Positions 56,065 through 64,000 of a stretch of 64,000 bases of DNA are shown here, one piece after another (position 1 is the stretch's first letter; every line of letters begins with the position of its first letter). The notes under the pieces were generated by a model. That model saw only the letters and a list, made by a program, of their open reading frames with translations. It was not told the origin of the DNA and did not search any database. Source of the stretch: Strigamia acuminata (taxonomy: Eukaryota); NCBI GenBank assembly GCA_949358305.1, contig OX442314.1:3224001-3288000 (forward strand), read 5' to 3'. The position numbers were made by a program, and so were the translations under genes.

Positions 56065-57678
56065 ATGTCCAAGTCCGTCGAAGGAAACTCCGGGCGACTT
56101 CCCATTCTCAGCGTAGGAAACTACGAACTATGGCAGCGCTCTATGCGCATGGTACTGAGAAGTGAAGAATTATGGAAACATGTGACGGAAGAAGAGGAGG
56201 AAGATTTCCTTAAAACCGCCGGAGATAAGGAGAAGAAGAAATACAAGCGTCGTAAAGCCAAGGCATTAGGCTTAATATACTGTTCTGTAAGCGAGGCGAA
56301 AAAGTCCGCCCTAGACGATTGTAAAACCCCGAAGGAAGCATGGGACATTTTAGCCAACATTTATGCGCCATCATCTCGTGCGCGGCAGGCAGCCGTGCGC
56401 CGCGAATTTTTGAATTTGCGCCTAGAACAAGGCGAGGATATGGCCGATTTCCTAAGTCGCGTTGACTATCATGTCCGCCAGATGAAGGACATCGGGGAAA
56501 CAACTTTGCCAGATCATCACGCTTATCAGTACCTGGATTTACTGCCCTGGGAATATTCGCAGATTTCATTCACAATATATCACTTGCCTAAAGGAGAATT
56601 TACACCAAAGAAAGTGTCCGAACAGTTGCTCGCGGAACATATGCGACTCAAAGCTATGGATTCGCGCGACATAGACAATTCTAAACCTCCACGTGCCTAT
56701 GCTGGTGAAAAACAGCAACGTGGGAGAAATCGTTCTCGTCCCTCTCGACCGTTATCTTCGGTGCAGTGTTTTAATTGCCAGGAATTTGGCCATTACGCAA
56801 ACAAATGTCCATTACCGTCGCGCCGAGATGACAAGAATCAACCGGCAGCTTCACTTCAAAGGAAGCCGAGGAGTTCAAGCCGTAAACGCAATAAGAACTC
56901 AAACCGAGATGATTCTTGGCCAAGGGGGAATTCCAACGCAAGGCGGGAAACGAACTTTTTCTCCAGTGCTCCGTAACAGTTGCCCACAATTCACTTCATG
57001 CAATCACATGAATGGATAGTGGATTGTGGGGCAACCGATCATGTGTGCCACGTCCAGGCTTGGTTTCAGGACTTTGTCAAAGTTGTGCCCTTTAATATCG
57101 CATTGGGTCAAGGACATTCCGAAGTTCTAGGAAAGGGCAAAGTCCAGATTATCTCCATGATCAACAATGTAGAATGTGTCGTAAATCTCCAAGATGTGTT
57201 GTATGCGCCAAAATTCGAAGCGAATTTGATTTCAGTGTCAAAAATGGACAAAACTAAACATCACATCCATATTTGGAATGGAGACGGCTTGTGCCCACCT
57301 TCAACACTGATGTCAACAGTGGATATACCTATTGCGCAGTTGACCGCTCTGACCCGAACATTAGTCACGACAGAAGAGGATTTCATCCAGTATCCAAGGG
57401 CAAAGAAAAAGTTGAAAGATCCTGAACTTTTTACTGATTTTCAGCTCGAATTCCCTCCTTTGCCAAATGAAATTCCTCCACCTGTACCAATCAAAGTAAC
57501 CCAGTCCAAGACACCTCCTGTACCTGTTCCTACCAATCCATTACCTCAAGTCCCATCCTTTGCCGACACATTAAAGGCAAACCCTTTGATCTCCAAACCG
57601 AATTCAAATTCAAAACCGAATTCAAAGCCAACCAACGCAAAGACGGTTGCAGCGCCATCGGTTAAAAAGGATGCGACT
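56065..57678 (+). pseudogene. Copia D gag-protease remnant
   Basis: In-frame TAA at 56974-56976, a deletion of about 25 codons relative to Copia A, and truncation at KKDAT. Confidence 0.88.
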
Positions 57679-58277
57679 CTTGGTATACATCTGCTTGTTC
57701 CATGTCGAACTCAGCCGCTTGTTCATCTTCAATCAGGCTGTATATTTGATTGTCCAACATTTGTAATATTTCTTTTTTCGCCAAGAGTTGAGCTTTTTGC
57801 CTTTTTAGTTTTTGCACGTCAACTGGAACCAAAGCGAGCAGTCCACCCGTCTCATTTGTCAGTCTTGTGCAGGCGCAGCGCGCGGTTGTGCGCTGACGCT
57901 TTAACTTGTCAATATCGGCCATATTTCAACAAAAATTGTTCAACTTACAGTTTTTTGTTCAATCTCCGGTTCAAACCAATGTGCCGGGTTTCGGCAACAA
58001 TGTTAAATCCCTCTCGTAACACACTGCAGTCGAGTCCTTGTTGAAAAATTCGTATTGTTGTCGTACAAAAGAATCACCTTTTGTTGTATCCAAATCGTCC
58101 GGTTTGTTCGCAAAAAGAGTCGCCTTTTTGTAGTCTCAAAATAGTTCGTATTTGCAGGTCAGTTTCCAACCAGTCTCGGTTGAAAAAGTGTAACAGTCCT
58201 TTAGATGTGAAGAAAACACATACACACTCAGGTTAAAGTAAATGTTGCACACTGATTTTATTCTTGTTTCTACAGAC
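57679..58277 (-). mobile_element. BEL/Pao 5' fragment (partial LTR, tRNA-Phe-like PBS, gag start)
   Basis: Minus-strand TGTTGCCGAAACCCGG at 57984-57999 beside ...TTAACA; helical ORF MADIDKLKRQR...LDNQI resembles a BEL gag N-terminus. Confidence 0.65.
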
Positions 58278-58279
58278 TA

Positions 58280-58785
58280 CCGTATATCTGCAAATAGCAC
58301 ACCCGTGCGCTATTTGCCAAAAATTTTTTTTAACCGCGCGCTATTAGAGGCCTGTGGGCTATTAGAAGCCCGCGGTTTATTTCAAATCTGAAAAATTGTA
58401 ACGAAACGTATGGATGACGAATTGATTAAAAATTGTATTAAGTTTATTCTGAATCGATTAACATTTCCTCATTTTCCTCATTTTCCTCATCACCTTCTTC
58501 AACACGGAGACACACCGAATTTCTTTGCAGCCTTTTCGCCGGAATTGTCCTTGGCATACTGAATTGCTGCCAACTTAAAGCTGAGATCAAACGAACGTGG
58601 CATCTTGAAGCACAATACTACTCAATCCAAACTGTGCTACTTATATACTGGTACCAACAATTGAAACGTTTCCGAGACATAACACCAATTATGGTACGTC
58701 TCGGAAACGTAACAATTTGCCCCGTGCGCTAAACAAGGTCCGCGCCTTATTTGTAAAAACGACTTTGACCCCGTGTATTACTTAA
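58280..58785 (-). mobile_element. Internally deleted pogo/Tigger-like DNA transposon remnant
   Basis: TA|CCGTA terminus; minus strand 58603-58499 reads MPRSFDLSFKLAAIQYAKDNSGEKAAKKFGVS (Brinker/CENP-B-type HTH start) joined to an acidic tail. Confidence 0.6.
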
Positions 58786-59037
58786 GGTCCCCCGGTCTGG
58801 GCTTGTCCGTGGCCAACTAGTCGTCCCGCGGCCCCCAGGTGGGTCGGTCGGAAGATAGTAGGGCGACCAGATTCGGGTTTTTCACCTCACTTATTGAGGT
58901 GCCCAAAGGGAAGTTTGTGATTGTTTCGCCTTCAATTTTTGGGGGCATTTTCGCTTCTCTGCACGGCATTTTCGTCGAAATAGTGAATTTAGTGTTTGTG
59001 CTACGAATTTGTGTCGAATTTCTTCAAATTCTTCAAC

Positions 59038-62000
59038 ATGTCGAGTTGGGACCGACATGATGATTACAAGGATGTACGCAAACTGGACGGCTCCAATTAT
59101 CCCACCTGGAGCATGCAGATCCAGCTTTTGCTTCAATCATACAGTGTTTGGGGACATGTGACCGGCAAAATCAAGGAACCGCCTGCTGGATCGCCGGCAA
59201 AGGAAATTCGTGACTACGAAAAGGGCGAAGAAAAAGCCCGCTCCACCATTTGTCTGGCTTGCAACGAACCACAGCAAGTCGTGGCTGTGGCCCACCCAAC
59301 CGCGAAGGGTGTGTGGGAAGCGCTGAAAGCGGCTTACCAGCCGACCACGCGCGCATGCAAAGCCCGACTCCGGCGGGAATTCCTCGATATGCGTCTACGG
59401 GAGGATGAAGAGATGGTCGTCTTTACTTCCCGTGTCGACCGGAAAGTTACACAACTCGCCGACGTGAAGATTGTGGTCTCGGATGAGTTCCACGCTTTCC
59501 AGTACTTGGATCTTTTGCCGCCCCAATTCGAGCCAGTTAAACAGACAGTGTATCACTGGCCCGACCCGGAATTTACGGCCGCTGCCGTGAAAGAAAGACT
59601 TTTAGGCGAGTATAATCGCCTTTACGAGAAGGGGGACGAATTTGGAGTGCCCAACCCGACACCGTTGGAAAACACTGGAGCCTTCTTTGGCGGAGGCAGT
59701 GGTCAACGTGGACGCGGCGGAACCGCGCCCAGTTCCCCACGTGTGTGTTTTACCTGCGGTGGGACAGGCCATTTTTCCCGCGACTGCCCTTCTCCACCTA
59801 AACAGCAACTTACTGGAAGAGGCGGATCAACAGGACAGTTTAGGGGCAATCCACGAGGAAAATCACGTGGAAAAGGCCGGCAAAAGGCCGCCGTCACCCA
59901 AATGAATATTTTTGATGACGTCCCCATCTCTTACTTCTCCGCAGCGATTTCGAATCAAGAGCAACCTCCTGTCGTATCGTTGGTGTCACATGCGAACTTT
60001 GATTCGCAATGGTACGTCGACACAGGAGCGACGGACCATTTCTCGTTCAACAAGTCTTGGTTCTCCGACTTCAAACCATTAACTGGTTACAGCGTCCAGC
60101 AGGGCGAAGGAAAGTCGAAAATCGAGGGCATCGGGACTGTGACATTAATATCTTTTTATGGACAAAAGAAACGGGAATTACAATTGAAAAATGTCTTCTA
60201 CGCTCCAAACTTCAGAAAGAATCTGATTTCATTAGGTCGTGCAGATGAAGCTGGGGCTACCACATTTGTAAAGAATGGAAAAATGTCCATTTTTCATGAC
60301 AGTGTTGATGCGCCTTCTATCACTGCGACACGTACGAGTGATAGAATGTATAAAGTCAATTGTCAAGTGAATACTGCACACATTGTTAACGCTGCTGCAT
60401 TACCTGCGCAACAGAATGCGGCAGTGAAGCCTAGTCCACCTTTAAAGGGTGAAGAAATTGTTAATTCATTACTAACTCATTTAGATTTTAAAACTGCATT
60501 AACCCAAAATTTGAGTAAGACAGGGAAACCTGCAATTGCGAATAAGGGGCAAGTAAATACTGCGAATAATGCGCAAGCGATCGTGGCAAATAATGCGAGT
60601 CCGAGTCAGAAGATGAATGTTTTGAACAACAAACAGGTCGGCTTGATAGCCAACAATGGGGATAAATCAAAGACTCCGACGATTTCCAAACAAGTTGTAC
60701 AAAACAATTTGAAAGATAATGGTGGGAACAAAGCGCTTGTTAAACCGGACAAACCCCAAACGATGGATGTTTGGCATTCACGTTTTGGGCACCTTAATGC
60801 GAAAGGGATTGCATTGTTGGAAAAATCCGATGAAGTATTTGGGCTGAAACTTTCCAACAATGAATTGTCGGCTTGCGATGCTTGTTCGAGGGCGAAAAGC
60901 ACACGTGCAAGCTTTCCTTCCATTATTAATATTTCCACTAAAGGGATTTTGGAAATTGTTCACTTAGATGTTTGGGGGCCCTCACCGGTTAAGAGCATTG
61001 GTGGGGCATTTTATTACCTAATTATGGTTGATGATTTCTCCCGACTGATGTGGATTATCATCATGAAAACGAAAGATGAAGTTTTGGGTCATTTCAAGAA
61101 GTGGTTGACGGAAATTGAACGGCTTACTTCTAAAAAGGTCAAAGCCATTAAAACTGACAATGGTGGGGAGTTCATATCGAAACAATGGAATGCTTATACT
61201 GACAGCATTGGGTTGAAATGTATGAGGACGAATACATACAGCCCCGAGATGAATTCGGTTGCTGAGCGAGCGAACCGCACCATTCTTGGTGGAATCCGGG
61301 CCTTACTTTTTGAAAATAATTTTTCCCCGACTTTGTGGGCAGAACTTGCAGTTTCTGTCGTTTATTTGAAAAATCGATTCCCACACACGGGATTAGGAGG
61401 GAAAACACCTTACAATGTGTTCTACAATAAGAAATTGTCCCTGCGTCATGTCAAATGCATTGGGGCATTGACATATGTCCACATTCCTTCCCAGACAAGG
61501 GGTGGGAAATTGAAAGAAAGGGCGTGGGCAGGGGAACTAATTGGTTATGCGGCTTCCACCCGTGGGTATCGAATTTGGGACCCGAAACGGAACCAAGTGT
61601 TCTTCTCGAAACATGTCAAAATATTGGAACAGAATTTTTGGTATGAAAATTTGAAAATTCCTCCCTCGGGCCCCTCGTATTTCGACGACATATCTGATTC
61701 TTCAAACGAGGATGGCTCCTCGTCAGACGACGACAGCGGTCATGGTGGCCCCCTACCAGAAGTAGTGGTTCCCCCACCCCCAATTCAGGAACCTGCGCCC
61801 GAAGAGGCACCTGAACAAGTTGAGAACGCTGGAATTGTGGAAGATGTCATCGAGGATATAGTGCAAGATGTCCTTAAAGATGCAAATGTTGATGAAATTG
61901 GTGGGGCAAAGGGGGATGATGAGAATTTCTTCAATATTTACCCCGATGACGAGGATGAAATTGAGGATCCTGATGCGAGTCCTCAACTATCCCCCCGAAC

Positions 62001-63690
62001 GTCACCTACACCTGTGCGTCGCAATCCCCCACGAAAAGGAAAGGATACAGGGGAACGCACAGTTCCAGCTGGTGAGTTATTGCCGTTGGACATGTCTAAA
62101 TGGCAAAGACGGCAGTCTGTGCGAAAATCAGGCGCAACGGCTGGGCAGGTTGATGTTTATTACATTTCACCAAAGCATGACAGAATTCGAAGTCGTGTTG
62201 AAGTTGTGCGGTGGTATCGGGACGAGGGATACGAGTATATCTCGGAATTGTTCAACTTCAAAGACATCAATGTCGGTTTTGCTGGTTGTTGCTCTGTAGA
62301 GCCTGACACCTACGAAGAGGCTGTAGCAGGTGTGGGAAAACCTGATTGGGAAAGGGCAATGGAGGACGAAATCGACATTTTTAAAGAACGAGAGGTGTAT
62401 GTCGAGGTTGACAAAAGTGAAGTCAAGGATAAAACCTTGCTAGGGACAAAATGGATTTATAAACTCAAAAGGGATCATACGGGTGCGATTAGCAGATATC
62501 GTGCTCGTCTTGTTGCACAAGGGTTCAAGCAGAAGCCCGGCATTGACTTTACGGAGGTCTTCTCCCCCGTAGTCAACTTTGTGTTGGTCATGATGTTCTT
62601 TTGTACTCTTGTAGTATTAAGGAGCTGGCGTGACTTACACCTTGACATCAAGGCCGCATATCTATATGGGGACCTCGATGAGGTGCAGTACATCAACATC
62701 CCCAAGGGATATCGAACACCTGAAAACCAACACAAATGTTGGGAGTTGAGAAAATCTCTCTATGGGCTTCATCAGTCTGGTCGTATGTGGTACCAGCGCT
62801 TACACGACCAGCTGATTGAAATAGGTTTTGAACCGGTTTTGGGTCTTAACTGTGTGTATAGCTTGGGTTCGGACGCCATACTCATCTTTTACGTCGATGA
62901 TATTGTGTTATTTTCGAGGGATGAGTTGGCAGAAGAGTGCGTTTTAGAATGGATTCAACAATCCTTTGAGATTGTCAATTTGGGCCCCGTCACCCTTTTA
63001 TTAGGGATTGAGTTTTGTAGGGACGGGGGGAATATCCTCATTCATCAACGCACCTATATTGCGAAGCTCTGCAAGCAATACGGTATTGACCCATCTCACC
63101 GTGTTAGAGTGCCTGGCACGCCCGGCACTATGATCCAAAAAGTCTAAACGGGAGAACGTGTTAATTCGAGTTTTCCATATCGGTCTCTTGTCGGAAGTTT
63201 GCTCTTCATCGCAAGTCGCACAAGACCCGATATCCTGTTTTCTGTAATTGTATTGTCTCAATACAACGAGACTCACTCGACACGACACGTAAACATGCTG
63301 CTTCAAGTGTTGCGTTACCTGGCTAATACGCCGAATTTCTCCATTAATCTTGGGAACTGCCAAAGTGACAAGTTAACTGTTTATACAGATGCGTCTTACG
63401 CGCTGGATCAAGACAAACGCCGAAGTTTTGGCGGGCACATTATCTATTTGGGTGGTGTCCCCGTCTCCTGGAACTGCCATAAGCAGACCATTACTGCCCT
63501 TTCCATTATGGAAAGCGAATTTTTGGCGGTTGTGGACGGTGTGAAGGAGATAATTTGGTTAGAACGCATATTTGACGCGGAAGTGATGATTGACGGCTTT
63601 GACCGGGAAATACCATGTGTTTATGCCGATTCAATGCCTGCGATTCAATATGCGAAAAACCGCATAGAAAATCGCGCAAACAAACTGTAG
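59038..63690 (+). pseudogene. Copia F Gag-PR-IN-MBD-RT-RH polyprotein with an in-frame TAA (63145-63147); LTRs not seen
   Basis: CCHC, VDTGA, WHSRFGH, integrase DDE, MBD, YVDD; RNase H is cut at the KH of the KHID motif. Confidence 0.92.
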
Positions 63691-64000
63691 GACACTCGCC
63701 AAAATATTCATAAACGCAGTGGAAATAATAAAATACCCGATATATGAATGTCCTATCCAATAAATCGTCAAACGTCGGGCGGCGCGTCGTTAGGCTTTCC
63801 GGCGATGCGTATGCTCGGCGTCGTTCGCGTTGTGGAAACGTTCGCTCCTCGGGACGTGTATTCAACGTGAAATACAACGAAAATAAATATAAAGTTTTGT
63901 AAAATAAATGTACTCACATGTGATAATGTTATATTATCACATATTAACCAATGTGAAACCAATGTCTGGGTTTCACAATCCAAGCTGTGTTCAAATGTAG
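63686..64000. mobile_element. Probable start of another insertion (LTR-like, begins TGT) truncating Copia F
   Basis: Copia homology stops abruptly at AAAC|TGTAGG; the partner end is not in the window. Confidence 0.35.

Larger units (their letters stand above)
44088..57678 (+). mobile_element. Degenerate Copia D (relative of Copia A): partial 5' LTR, leader and gag-PR; interrupted by Gypsy and 3'-truncated
   Basis: 44088-44240 resembles the Copia A LTR; 44240-44974 and 56012-56064 match the Copia A leader; gag is highly similar to that at 22881. Confidence 0.88.

Noticed and set aside
57679..58044. Novel C-terminal extension of the ORF at 56980
   Set aside because: It is read-through into the antisense strand of a BEL fragment.

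Overview
Repeat-dense eukaryotic (very probably arthropod) DNA with no host gene. A complete Polinton/Maverick (endogenous polintovirus) spans 785-43277, with 249-bp TIRs, a 6-bp ACACTG target-site duplication (TSD) and atypical TG...CA ends. About 17.2 kb remain once nested insertions are removed. It encodes pPolB, a coiled-coil protein, two adenain-like proteases, a core/membrane-active protein, major and minor capsid proteins, a PZ-like protein, a packaging ATPase, a Zn-ribbon/PLA2 protein and an integrase-chromodomain. It is interrupted by an RT-less BEL/Pao element, three Copia elements (one nested in another) and a Tc1-type MITE, each with a readable TSD. To the right (43.6-64 kb) lies a second nest: MITE > Copia > mdg3-type Gypsy > Copia > foldback-like MITE, followed by BEL and pogo fragments and another Copia. 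All five Copia copies that retain the integrase-RT linker carry a methyl-CpG-binding (MBD)-like domain there. The most unusual signals are a six-unit heat-shock element in the pPolB promoter, four copies of one core-promoter cassette arranged as divergent pairs at both ends, TTAGG repeats in the TIRs, a tandem vOTU-like/Zn-finger duplication with Cys>Ser in pPolB, two ATG-less enzymes lying in the -1 frame behind A-runs, and a conserved structured leader in the Copias. All calls were made by eye; no database searches were run.
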